From: a virus
Taxonomy: Duplodnaviria > Caudoviricetes
Direction: 5' to 3' (one strand)
IMG/VR virus record: IMGVR_UViG_3300031555_010338
DNA: 64,000 nt
Shown here: piece by piece, positions 44,002-53,769 of the stretch
Numbering within the stretch: the stretch's first letter is position 1
Layout: each line of letters opens with the position of its first letter
The notes under the pieces: model-generated
What the model was told of the DNA's origin: nothing
Databases searched by the model: none
The model's input: only the letters and a program-made list of their open reading frames with translations
Position numbers and translations under genes: made by a program

Positions 44002-44806
44002 TGCACTTGAGCGTGACCAGAAAATCATGCGTCGGCTTGCTGAACATCTTGATTCGGTGAAGGATAAACATCCAGAATGGGTCGGTATCTTTCTCCAAGG
44101 CTCTCAGAATTACAACCTGGACTATGAGGGGAGCGACATTGATTCAAAGCTGATTGTCCTCCCCTCTTTCGAGGATTTTGTACTTAACAGAAAGCCTTAT
44201 AGCTACACGCACATCATGGAAAACGATGAGCATGTGGATGTAAAGGATATTCGCTTGATGTTTGAGTGCTTCCGTAAGCAAAATATCAACTTTGTTGAGA
44301 TCCTTTTTACAAAGTATCGCATTATGAACCCTAAATACGAGGTGTTGTTCAAGCCCGTTTTGGATGCTCGTGAACTCGTTGGACGATACAACAACTATGC
44401 CGCTATGAACTGTATGGTTGGTGCGGCGATGGAGAAGCGCAAGGCTTTGTGCCATCCTTATCCCGCCACTATGGAGAAGATCGAAAAGTTTGGCTACGAT
44501 CCGAAGCAACTTCATCATATCCTGCGCTTTGATGAATTTAATGAGCGTTGGCTTGCCGGTGTTCTGTATGAACACTGCTTGATTTCTGAGCAGCGTGACT
44601 ATTTTCGATCTGTAAAGTTTGGTTGTCACACTTTAGAAGAAGCAATCGAAATTGCAGACGAAACGATTGAGCGTATGAAACGACGTAAAGACGAGTACAT
44701 GGCTGCTACCCCCCCCATTATCAATCGTGATGTGGAGCAAATCTTGAACTCAGCTCTTATCGAGCTGTTCAAATACAATTTTCAGTGTGAGATTGGAGGT
44801 GTGTAA
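43988..44806 (+). CDS. DNA polymerase beta-superfamily nucleotidyltransferase
   Basis: QGSQNY.LD..GSDID signature; YDPKQLHHILR. Confidence 0.8.
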   Translation: MKMIDALERDQKIMRRLAEHLDSVKDKHPEWVGIFLQGSQNYNLDYEGSDIDSKLIVLPSFEDFVLNRKPYSYTHIMENDEHVDVKDIRLMFECFRKQNINFVEILFTKYRIMNPKYEVLFKPVLDARELVGRYNNYAAMNCMVGAAMEKRKALCHPYPATMEKIEKFGYDPKQLHHILRFDEFNERWLAGVLYEHCLISEQRDYFRSVKFGCHTLEEAIEIADETIERMKRRKDEYMAATPPIINRDVEQILNSALIELFKYNFQCEIGGV

Positions 44807-44807
44807 C

Positions 44808-45737
44808 ATGGAAAATAAGCAACCTATCTTTTTCATGCTTGTTGGTCTTCCGTACAGTGGAAAATCTGTCCAGGCCGAAAAGCTGAAAGAACAGTATGGA
44901 GCTGTTATCCATTCCAGTGATGCCATCAGAGCGGAAGTCCTTGGCGATGTTCAGGATCAGAATAATAATGGAAAAGTGTTTGAAGTTCTTCACCGCCGCG
45001 TCTTTGATGATCTGTCTGCCGGCAAGAATGTCGTGTACGATGCTACCAACATCAGTTATAAGCGCCGCATGGATGCTTTGCAGCGTATCAACAAAATCGA
45101 TTGTCAGAAGGTCTGCCTTTTCATGGCAACTCCCTTTGATGTCTGTATTGAGCGCAGCAAGAACCGTGAGCGCGTTGTTCCTTATGAGGTTGTCGAGCGC
45201 ATGTATAAAACGATCTGGATTCCCAATGTGTATGAGGGTTGGGATCATGTTGAGTTGATTTATCCCGAAGGTTTTAAGCCTTACAATCTTCGTGACCTGT
45301 TCAACGGAGAGAATGGTTTGAACTACATCAATCAGGACAATCCTCATCACGCTCTGACTGTCGGACATCATTGCATTACTGCATATGGCCTTGTCCACAA
45401 CGAGTCTCCTGAATTGCAGGAAGCAGCTCTTCTGCATGATATCGGTAAGCCTTTTACGAAGTCTTTCGTAAATAGCAAGGGTGAAACTACTGAGGTTGCC
45501 CATTATTACGACCATCATCATGTTTCCGCATATGACAGTTTGTTTTATGGTGATTTCAGTCTGGATCGTCTTTACATCGCCGCTATCATCCAGTGGCATA
45601 TGAGGCCGTTTGAACTTGAGCGTCTTGGTGACTCCAGACGTGCAAAAGAAAAGTTCAGAGATCTTGTTGGATATAAGCTGTACCGCGACATTGAGCGTCT
45701 GCATGTGGCAGATATCGAAGCGAAAGGCTTGAAGTAA
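44808..45737 (+). CDS. Polynucleotide kinase (P-loop) fused to HD phosphohydrolase (RNA end-healing)
   Basis: GLPYSGKS, SSDAIR, DATN; NPHH...LLHDIGK, HM, AD. Confidence 0.85.
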   Translation: MENKQPIFFMLVGLPYSGKSVQAEKLKEQYGAVIHSSDAIRAEVLGDVQDQNNNGKVFEVLHRRVFDDLSAGKNVVYDATNISYKRRMDALQRINKIDCQKVCLFMATPFDVCIERSKNRERVVPYEVVERMYKTIWIPNVYEGWDHVELIYPEGFKPYNLRDLFNGENGLNYINQDNPHHALTVGHHCITAYGLVHNESPELQEAALLHDIGKPFTKSFVNSKGETTEVAHYYDHHHVSAYDSLFYGDFSLDRLYIAAIIQWHMRPFELERLGDSRRAKEKFRDLVGYKLYRDIERLHVADIEAKGLK

Positions 45738-45787
45738 GACATAATCATTAGCGCAAAGTAGGTGTTTCTATATATAGCAAAGAAGAT

Positions 45788-46704
45788 TTGGAGGTAATGC
45801 AGTCTTGGGATTTGCAGCGCAAGATCCAAGTTACCACGACACGCATTATCGAATGGTATGAGCATTACAACGGCAATGTCTATGTAGCGTTCTCTGGTGG
45901 CAAAGATTCTACTGTTTTGCTGGATATTGTACGGCGTATTTATCCCGATGTGCCGGCTGTTTTCTGCGATACTGGTTTGGAGTTTCCCGAAATCAGAGAG
46001 TTTGTTAAAAAGCAAGCTAATGTTGTCATTCTTCGGCCTGAGATGAATTTCCGAAAGGTCATTGAGGTGTATGGCTACCCCGTCGTTTCCAAGCGCGTCG
46101 CTGACACGGTAGAGTACGGCCATAAGCCTGGTTCTTTCCGTTGGAAGGAGCTGCACGGAGAAATCATGCGTAGCAATGGCACTCCTTCTGAGTTCAACTG
46201 CGAGAAGTGGTGCTATCTGCTGGATGCGCCTTTCAAGGTATCTTCCCGTTGCTGCAACATCATGAAGAAGCGGCCAATGAAAAAGTATGCTAAGCAGACT
46301 GGCCGAGTTCCCATTATTGCTACTATGACAGACGAAAGCCGTTCCCGCCGATCCGTATGGATGAAGCAGGGTTGTAATGCCTTTAATAAGAAAGATCCAT
46401 CTTCTCAGCCTATGTCTTTCTGGACTGAAAACGATGTCCTTGAATATCTCTACACCTACAATATCCCCTATGCACCGGTTTATGGTGAAATCATGCGTTG
46501 CGGGGGGGGTGGACGACGACAGGTGAAAAGCGCACCGGATGCGTATTTTGTGCATTTGGCGCTCATCTGGAGAAGTCCCCTAACCGCTTCCAGCGTCTGA
46601 AGGTTTCTCATCCTAAGCTGTGGGATTATTGTATGAGATCGTGGGATGAACATGGCTTAGGCATGAGAGAAGTTTTGGAGTACATCGGTATCCAATGTGA
46701 ATAG
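45788..46704 (+). pseudogene. PAPS-reductase-family protein frameshifted at G8 (46502-46509)
   Basis: SGGKDS, DTGLEFP, PMSFWT in one frame; conserved RTGCVFCAFG C-terminus in another; G9 restores a single ORF. Confidence 0.8.
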
Positions 46705-46707
46705 GAG

Positions 46708-47322
46708 TTGAAGAAAATAGAAGACCGTAAGTATCTGAGCGGTACGAGTCTGGCTGGCAAGTCTCCTACGAGATCTCGTGCTGAGAACGATTTCTACGCA
46801 ACTCCGTTTGAAACGACTGCAGCAATTCTTGATCGTGTCCCGCTCGTTGGATCTATCTTGGAACCAGCAGCAGGCCAAGGTCATATCAGCAAGCTTCTGA
46901 TGGAGCGTTATCCTAATAGCGAGATTGTTTCTACGGATTTAGTAGAGCGTGAAGATAAGTTCGCCTGCGGTGTCCAGGGAGGGGTAGATTTCCTTACCTA
47001 TGACTTCGGGCGGAAGTTTGACAATGTGATTACTAACCCGCCGTTCTCTCTGGCAAAAGAGTTTATCGAAAAAGCTCTTGAAGTATCAAATGATAAGGTA
47101 ATCATGTTTGCAAAAATTCAGCTTCTCGAAGGTGAGAAGCGTCGTCCTCTGTTTGACACACATCCGCCAAAGTATGTGTATGTGTTTACCAAGCGCCAAA
47201 GCCCTTTGAACAATGGCAGTGCTGTTGATGAAAATGGAAAGCCTTGGGCAACTACAATGTGTTTTGCTTGGTTTGTGTGGGAACATGGTTTTGTCGGTGA
47301 GCCGACAATTCGTTGGATTTAA
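46708..47322 (+). CDS. Amino-methyltransferase-like DNA methylase
   Basis: DFYATP, LEPAAGQG, ITNPPF, FAWFVW. Confidence 0.85.
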   Translation: MKKIEDRKYLSGTSLAGKSPTRSRAENDFYATPFETTAAILDRVPLVGSILEPAAGQGHISKLLMERYPNSEIVSTDLVEREDKFACGVQGGVDFLTYDFGRKFDNVITNPPFSLAKEFIEKALEVSNDKVIMFAKIQLLEGEKRRPLFDTHPPKYVYVFTKRQSPLNNGSAVDENGKPWATTMCFAWFVWEHGFVGEPTIRWI

Positions 47323-47352
47323 GAAATTAGCTAAACAACACAAGGAGAGTAA

Positions 47353-48041
47353 TATGTTTGAGGTAAACAAGATTTTTGTAGGGGATTGTATTTCAGGTAT
47401 GCAATCGTGGGGGGGGGCAAGCCGACCTTGTGCTTACAGACCCTCCTTATAACATCAGCGTTGATAACAATTTCCATACGATGCGTGGTCGCCACGGAAT
47501 TGATTTTGGAGATTGGGATAAAGGGTTCGACTTGACGGGTTGGATACCAGAGGCGGTATCCAGGCTTAAACCAGGCGGAAATATTATCATTTTTAATGCT
47601 TGGCGAAATATGGGTGAAATTGCTACTGCTCTGGAAGGGTGTGGATGCCTTGTAAAAGAGATGATCCAGTGGCAAAAGACCAATCCAATGCCAAGAAACA
47701 GAGATCGCCTATATGTAACTGCTTGTGAATTTGCAATTTGGGCGACTAAAGGCAAAGGATGGACGTTCAACCGACAAAGAGAAACCTACGAAAACACAAT
47801 TTTCAAATATCCAATCGTGTCTGCAAAACGGCGCATTCATACGACGCAAAAACCGATTGAACTTATTCGTGATTTAATTCTCATCCATAGTAACCCGAAC
47901 GATATAGTTCTCGATCCGTTTATGGGCAGTGGTACAACTGCTATTGCCGCCATTGAAACGGGACGAAAGTTTGTTGGGTTCGAGATTGACGAAAATTATT
48001 ACTCTGCTGCGTGTCAGCGAATTACAGAAAGAATTGCTTAA
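47353..48041 (+). pseudogene. Beta-class N4/N6 DNA methyltransferase frameshifted at G9 (47409-47417)
   Basis: MFEVNKIFVGDC in one frame; DLVLTDPPY...HTTQKP...DPFMGSGTT in another; G10 or G7 restores it. Confidence 0.8.
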
Positions 48042-48058
48042 CGGCGAGTGTGATTTAC

Positions 48059-48799
48059 ATGAAGCATATTGCAAGTGTCAGCTTTGGCAAGGATAGCCTT
48101 GCTATGCTGTTATGTCTTATCGAAAAGAAATACCCGCTCGATATTGTCCTCTTCTATAACACTGGTATGGAGTTTGAGGCAATTTACCGAATCCGAGACA
48201 AGATTGTTCCTGTGCTTGAAGAACTTGGAATCGATTATGTTGAGCTTCATCCATCAGAACCCTTTCTATACACGATGCTTGAGCGTCCTGTTAATAGCAT
48301 GAGGGGGGGGCAGAAGTACGGATACGGCTGGTGCGGTGGTCTTTGCCGTTGGGGAACGTCAGAAAAACTCAGAGCAATAAAGAAGTTTAAGCGCTCACTG
48401 AATGATGTGGTCATTGATTATGTCGGCATCGCTTCTGACGAACAATCCCGTTTTGAAAAGGCAAAAAGCGACGGCAAAAGATTACCACTGGTTGAGTGGG
48501 ATATGACAGAAAAGGATTGTTTGGAGTATTGCCATGCAAAAGGTTGGTATTGGTACGAAACAACAGAATCCGGAACTGTTGAACTGTATTCAATTTTAGA
48601 TCGTGTTTCTTGTTGGTGTTGTTGTAACAAGAACCTAAAAGAACTGAAAAACATCTATCTACATCTCCCAGAATATTGGGAGAAGTTAAAAGCGCTTCAA
48701 TCTCAAATGAGTAGGCCAATCAAAGGTTTTTACAAAAATCATCCAAAGGGAATTTTTGAGCTTGAAGATAGATTTTCTAAGGAGATAAACAAATCATGA
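48059..48799 (+). CDS. PAPS-reductase-family protein
   Basis: SFGKDS, NTGMEF, RVSCWCC; in-frame G8 at 48303. Confidence 0.85.
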   Translation: MKHIASVSFGKDSLAMLLCLIEKKYPLDIVLFYNTGMEFEAIYRIRDKIVPVLEELGIDYVELHPSEPFLYTMLERPVNSMRGGQKYGYGWCGGLCRWGTSEKLRAIKKFKRSLNDVVIDYVGIASDEQSRFEKAKSDGKRLPLVEWDMTEKDCLEYCHAKGWYWYETTESGTVELYSILDRVSCWCCCNKNLKELKNIYLHLPEYWEKLKALQSQMSRPIKGFYKNHPKGIFELEDRFSKEINKS

Positions 48800-49683
48800 A
48801 ATACAATACTGCCCTTTTCTGCGAGTTCGACAAGTACGCCGCAGAAAGCTATTGCGCAGTTCATGGTGTGGATCATTCTCTGAACATTGGCGATATCACC
48901 CAGGCCGACGAAAAAGCTGTGCCTGACTTCAATGTAATGTTCGGGGGTAGTCCGTGCCAGGACTTCTCAATCGCCGGCAAACAGGGGGGGGTAGCGTGGA
49001 AATGTAAATCCTGCGACCATACATATAACCCTCTGGAAGCCCACTATACCGTTCGCTACCAGTGTCCGAAGTGCGGATCAACCGACATTGATAAGACCCG
49101 CTCTTCCCTTCTTGTAGAGTGGCTGCGCTTTCTCCGTGAGAAGAAGCCTCGCTTTGCAATCTATGAAAATGTCAAAAACATTGTCGGTACTCGTTTCAAA
49201 GAAACCTTTGATTTGTTTGTAAAGGAACTTGAAGAGTACGGCTACAATGTGTACTGGCAGGTTTTGAATGCAAAGAATTATGGCATTCCTCAGAACAGAG
49301 AGCGTGTCTACTGCGTTATCATTCGTAAAGATTTGGATAACGGTCAATTCAAATTCCCAGAACCAATTCCTCTGAAATCATCTTTGAGTGATCTGCTGGA
49401 GGACGAAGTAGATGAGCATTACTATCTCAGCGACGAGAAAGTAGCTCAGATGATCGCCCCCCCCCACTCCGTAATATCAGCAACACCGTCCGATCAAGCG
49501 GACGCGGATCAACTGACAGACACACATGGGACTTGCTGCCATGCGAAGAGAGGCGCAAAGCTGAGTAACAAAGGGAGCCATTTTGATGGCTACAGCGATG
49601 TCGCCTTAACCTTATTGGCACGAGACTATAAAGGTTTTGGAAATCAGCAAATGACAGGAGTTATTGAGTCGAATGAACGATAA
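48796..49683 (+). CDS. C5-cytosine methyltransferase, subunit with motifs II-VIII
   Basis: CEFD, GGSPCQDFS, YENV, PQNRERV; lacks motif I; Zn-ribbon insertion; G8 and C9 tracts. Confidence 0.85.
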   Translation: MKYNTALFCEFDKYAAESYCAVHGVDHSLNIGDITQADEKAVPDFNVMFGGSPCQDFSIAGKQGGVAWKCKSCDHTYNPLEAHYTVRYQCPKCGSTDIDKTRSSLLVEWLRFLREKKPRFAIYENVKNIVGTRFKETFDLFVKELEEYGYNVYWQVLNAKNYGIPQNRERVYCVIIRKDLDNGQFKFPEPIPLKSSLSDLLEDEVDEHYYLSDEKVAQMIAPPHSVISATPSDQADADQLTDTHGTCCHAKRGAKLSNKGSHFDGYSDVALTLLARDYKGFGNQQMTGVIESNER

Positions 49684-50551
49684 ATTAAACCCTGACAGTC
49701 TGTTTACCCCCCCCGTATCATATTGCATAGACGCAAATTACTATAAGGGGACAACAATAGAACAGTACGTCAAAAAGAAGCGGAGGCAACTTGTAGTGGA
49801 TACTTTTGATAAACATAAAACAAAGAACGATATTACGATGCTTGGCGGGTTGCAAGCTCATCAACATCCGTGCAGTGATGGGATTTGCCCCTGTGTGAAT
49901 AGTGCGGCTGGAATGGGTGGTGGACAAACACCTATTGCAATTCGACCTGGATTTCGTGTGAGAAAACTTACACCAAAAGAGTGTTGGAGACTTATGGGAT
50001 TTGAAGACCAAGATTTTGAGAATGCCAAGAACGGCATGAATCAGAATATCTACAATGGAAATGATCGTTCCAGCTCTCAGCTCTATAAGCAGGCTGGCAA
50101 CAGTATTGTTGTCGATGTGCTGCTTCACATCATGGAAAACCTGTACGAAGCTATGCCGTATTTGTTTGAAGACATCCAAATCGGCTCTTTCTTCAGCGGT
50201 ATTGGCGCATTTGAAAAGGCTCTTGATCGACTTGAGCCTAACAATACTCACTCAGCCGAATTAGCGACGGACAACCCTGAGTTGCATCAACTTGGTTATA
50301 TCAACGGAAATAATGGTGTAGCCAATCGCGTATATGATAACAACCTGGCTCGTACCTTAGCTGCCGAGGCGGGGGGGGGCGGAGCTAAGACCGGCTGGTA
50401 TCGAATTACCCCCCCCCGCAATCCAGTGATTCTGGATGTAAAGCAGCAACATCGGGAGGGGAAGCCGAGAATGTACCAGACAGGTATTGTCCCGACCCTT
50501 GCAGCACGGGATTACAAAGACCCGTTGCGAGTTGTTGTGAAGAAAGGGTAA
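49673..50551 (+). CDS. C5-cytosine methyltransferase, subunit with motifs IX-X-I
   Basis: RKLTPKECWRLMGF, YKQAGNSIVV, then SFFSGIGAFE; C8, G9 and C9 tracts. Confidence 0.85.
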   Translation: MNDKLNPDSLFTPPVSYCIDANYYKGTTIEQYVKKKRRQLVVDTFDKHKTKNDITMLGGLQAHQHPCSDGICPCVNSAAGMGGGQTPIAIRPGFRVRKLTPKECWRLMGFEDQDFENAKNGMNQNIYNGNDRSSSQLYKQAGNSIVVDVLLHIMENLYEAMPYLFEDIQIGSFFSGIGAFEKALDRLEPNNTHSAELATDNPELHQLGYINGNNGVANRVYDNNLARTLAAEAGGGGAKTGWYRITPPRNPVILDVKQQHREGKPRMYQTGIVPTLAARDYKDPLRVVVKKG

Positions 50552-50565
50552 TTTTAGATGATACT

Positions 50566-50787
50566 ATGGGCTTTGAACAAACGCCTCGCATTTACAAAGA
50601 GTTTTGTCCAAGTTTGAGAGCGAGTAGAAATGGTTTGAAAACTGTTACTGCTTCCAATCTTGGGATTATTGATCCGCAAGGCCGCACAAAGAAAAAGCTC
50701 TATATCAAAAAGATCTGTCCAACGCTCCGCGCACAAATCCACGGAAATCCGCCATGTGCGGTGTATGAGGTAAAACAAAATGAGTGA
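50566..50787 (+). CDS. Methyltransferase variable-region (TRD-like) modules
   Basis: CPSLRA and CPTLRA repeats resembling phage C5-MTase variable-region modules. Confidence 0.6.
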   Translation: MGFEQTPRIYKEFCPSLRASRNGLKTVTASNLGIIDPQGRTKKKLYIKKICPTLRAQIHGNPPCAVYEVKQNE

Positions 50788-51014
50788 GACGATCAGAATC
50801 AAACAGGCCACAAAGCAAGGCTTCATTGAGTGTGTCGTGGGGGGGGGCTGTCGATCTCTCCTACCCAAACTCTAAAACCCGTCGTGGCCGTGTGCAAGAA
50901 GGCGGAATGATTTGCCCGACGATTACAGCCCAGACAACGGGAATTTGTATCGTAGAAAAAGCAAGGAATTCCACCAAACCTATTGACAAATCCGAAAAAC
51001 CTGATATACTATAA
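50780..51014 (+). pseudogene. Methyltransferase-associated module frameshifted at G9 (50839-50847)
   Basis: MSETIRIKQATKQGFIEC then AVDLSYPNSKTRRGRVQ in another frame; G8 restores it. Confidence 0.7.
50983..51010 (+). promoter_or_regulatory. Sigma-A promoter for the replication operon
   Basis: TTGACA-N16-TATACT with extended -10 TG; followed by two repeat-motif copies. Confidence 0.7.
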
Positions 51015-51115
51015 AAGGAGTTAGTTAAACAATTTCGCAGAGCAGCATGTAGCCGCCGCGAATGTTTCAATATCCAAGGAATTAACAAAACAATCTTATC
51101 AAAAGGAGAATCGTT

Positions 51116-51679
51116 ATGAACCCTCATGATGCAAAAGCACTGAATGATCTGCTCCCCGTTTTTCTTCCTTCTGTTGCTGAGCTTACCAAGTATGTTCCTA
51201 AGGAAGACAGTTCCTGCGCTTGTGCGAGTGCGGCATCTGCGGCTGCAGTCCCCGCAACTCGTCCTATTGCTCCCAAGGCAATCTCTCTGGTTCCTCAGCA
51301 GGTGATTTTCAATCCTCCCGCTACCATTGTGTACTGGAAGGACGGCGACAAGACCGTTGTTCGCTGTGACAACGATGAGTTCTCTGAGGAATTTGGCTTT
51401 GCTATGGCCTGCATGAGAAAGATCTACGGCACTCGTGCCAATTTCAAGGCTCAGTTCAAGGATGCCTATCGTCCTCAGGCAAAGAAGGCGACTGCCAAGC
51501 TGAAGGAAGCTAACGTAGAAGTTGGCGCTCCCGCTCCCAATGCCGCAAAGATGAACAATCCTATTCGGATCATCAAGAAGAGCGGCAACGGTGTTCCTTC
51601 TCTGGATCAGTTGCTCAAGGAGCTGGCCGGCGACGACAGCATCGGCGTTGAGATCGAGTTCCGCGTAAAGAATGCCTGA
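51116..51679 (+). CDS. Phage hypothetical protein
   Basis: VIFNPPATIVYWKDGDKTVVRC motif; AAGGAG RBS. Confidence 0.8.
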   Translation: MNPHDAKALNDLLPVFLPSVAELTKYVPKEDSSCACASAASAAAVPATRPIAPKAISLVPQQVIFNPPATIVYWKDGDKTVVRCDNDEFSEEFGFAMACMRKIYGTRANFKAQFKDAYRPQAKKATAKLKEANVEVGAPAPNAAKMNNPIRIIKKSGNGVPSLDQLLKELAGDDSIGVEIEFRVKNA

Positions 51680-51929
51680 TAAGTTTGTATGTGTTGAGTG
51701 TGGCTGTGTCTTTCATGATCCAAAGCGATATACGGAAAGACATGGCCTTGACACTCCCCCATACGAGCATTTTACTGGTTGTCCGAAATGCGGTGGCGCT
51801 TATGTAGATGCAAGAGCTTGTGAATACTGCGGTGAAGATATCACTGGTGAATATGTATTAACCGCAGACGGGAAGAGCTATTGCGAAGAGTGCTATACCC
51901 GTAGGGATATTTCAGATGACCTTAGTTAA
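51672..51929 (+). CDS. Zinc-finger protein
   Basis: Four CxxC pairs. Confidence 0.75.
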   Translation: MPDKFVCVECGCVFHDPKRYTERHGLDTPPYEHFTGCPKCGGAYVDARACEYCGEDITGEYVLTADGKSYCEECYTRRDISDDLS

Positions 51930-51944
51930 TGGAGGCTATGTCGT

Positions 51945-52535
51945 TTGCAAAACATCGATTTGAAAGCAAAGTTTCTCACAATCTGTCGTGAGAAAATCAA
52001 TCGTGATGGCCTGGACTCTCTGCTTGACTGGCTGGAGAACGAGAGTGATTTCTTTGTCGCTCCCGCCAGCACAAGATTTCATGGCAACCACAAGTATGGC
52101 CTGTTAGAGCATTCTCTGAATGTCTATAATGCTCTCAACGAATTAGTTAAACAATTTCCGCATTTGAATATTTCCGAAGAAACCATTGCAATCGCAGCTC
52201 TTTTCCATGATTTGTGCAAGGCTAACTACTATGTTGTCAGCACAAAGAATGTGAAGGACGAAACGACTGGTGTATGGCGTAAGGAACCGTTCTATAAGGC
52301 AGATGACCAGTACCCCGTAGGCCACGGAGAAAAGTCTGTCATTATCCTAATGAAGCACATGCAGCTTACCGACGATGAGATCTACGCAATTCGTTGGCAT
52401 ATGTCTGGCTATGATTCCGCTGTCAAGGGTGGAGATTACGGTTGTGGGAAAGCATATGAGATTTGCCCATTTGCCGTGTTGCTCCACTTAGCAGATATGA
52501 CAGCAAGTTATTTGATGGAGGAACACAGTGTCTGA
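51945..52535 (+). CDS. HD-domain hydrolase
   Basis: APASTRFH, LLEHSLNV, LFHDLCK, GHGEKS, IRWHM, LHLAD. Confidence 0.9.
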   Translation: MQNIDLKAKFLTICREKINRDGLDSLLDWLENESDFFVAPASTRFHGNHKYGLLEHSLNVYNALNELVKQFPHLNISEETIAIAALFHDLCKANYYVVSTKNVKDETTGVWRKEPFYKADDQYPVGHGEKSVIILMKHMQLTDDEIYAIRWHMSGYDSAVKGGDYGCGKAYEICPFAVLLHLADMTASYLMEEHSV

Positions 52536-53256
52536 AGAGAAAGCTTTGAACTTAGTACAGAAGCTTGCCAAGATCCGTGAAATGGTCGAGGTTCTTCGCA
52601 AGAATAAGTCTGGCTTTAACTATAAGTATGTCACTGAGGATGAAATCTTGGCTCGTGTTGCCGCCGGCATGAAGAAGTACGGCGTGTCTCTCAAGCCAAG
52701 CGTTGTCCCTGGCACACTGGTTACAAGCCCTATTCACTATCAGAAAACAAAGAAATCCAAGTCCGGAGATCCTATTATTGAGGACATTTACGAGACTTTG
52801 GTGCAGGCCGATCTCGTTTTTACATGGATCGACTGCGACAATCAGGATGACAAGATGGAAGTCACATGGGCTTTGATCGGTCAGCAGGGAGACGCAGCCC
52901 AGGCATTTGGCAGCGCTCTTACATATGCGAACCGTTACTTTATGCTGAAGTTCTTCCAGATTGCAACTCCCGACGACGATCCTGACAACTGGCGTAGCAA
53001 GAAGGAAGAGGCCGAGGCAGAAGCCGAGCTTGCTGTTACTCGTCAGCTTATCGCCAAGATCGACGCTCATGTGCATACCTATCTGGATGCAAACAACAAC
53101 AGCGACGAGGCTCGTAAGAAGCTGACCGAGGTTGTTAAGAAGTATGTCCGCAATGGCAATAAGCCTTCCGCAGACTACATGAATTATCTGACTGACCCCT
53201 CTGTGGCCGCTAAGCTGCTGGAAGAGCTTGGTCGTCAGTTCTCAATTACAGAATAA
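52528..53256 (+). CDS. ERF-family ssDNA annealing recombinase
   Basis: GFNYKY, GSALTYANRYF, DDDPD. Confidence 0.88.
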   Translation: MSEEKALNLVQKLAKIREMVEVLRKNKSGFNYKYVTEDEILARVAAGMKKYGVSLKPSVVPGTLVTSPIHYQKTKKSKSGDPIIEDIYETLVQADLVFTWIDCDNQDDKMEVTWALIGQQGDAAQAFGSALTYANRYFMLKFFQIATPDDDPDNWRSKKEEAEAEAELAVTRQLIAKIDAHVHTYLDANNNSDEARKKLTEVVKKYVRNGNKPSADYMNYLTDPSVAAKLLEELGRQFSITE

Positions 53257-53270
53257 GGAGGAAGTAAGAT

Positions 53271-53717
53271 ATGGGTTTTCGTGAAGGCGCATTCGCTACT
53301 GTTTGGGAAATTACCAACCAGGGCGATAGTTTTGCAAAAATCAGAATGTCCACCAGCCGCAAGGACAAGAAGACAGACGAGTATGTGACTGACTTCAGCG
53401 GCTTCGTCAGCCTGATCGGTGAGGCTAATAAGAAGATTGGCCTGATTGAAAAGGGTCTGGAAAACGGTGATCGTTACCGTATCAAGATGGGTGCTTGCGA
53501 TGTATCCAATCGCTACGACAAGGAAGCAGGCCGTGAGTTCACCAATTTCACGCTGTTCGATTTTGAGCCGGCAGATGGCGCTTCTACTGACAGCGACAGT
53601 GGTAGCTCTAAGACTTCCAGCAAGAAGGCAAGCGGCGGAGCAAAGAAGCAAAAGGCAGCTCCTTCCCCTCTGGCAGATGACGGGGACGACGGAGAAGACG
53701 GCGATCTGCCCTTCTAA
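53271..53717 (+). CDS. ssb: Single-stranded DNA-binding protein
   Basis: OB-like N-terminal half, acidic tail ending DLPF; next to ERF. Confidence 0.75.
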   Translation: MGFREGAFATVWEITNQGDSFAKIRMSTSRKDKKTDEYVTDFSGFVSLIGEANKKIGLIEKGLENGDRYRIKMGACDVSNRYDKEAGREFTNFTLFDFEPADGASTDSDSGSSKTSSKKASGGAKKQKAAPSPLADDGDDGEDGDLPF

Positions 53718-53769
53718 GCAGTTTTAACGGCGGTGATACTCTATTCGTTATGATTTAGTCATCGGTGAC

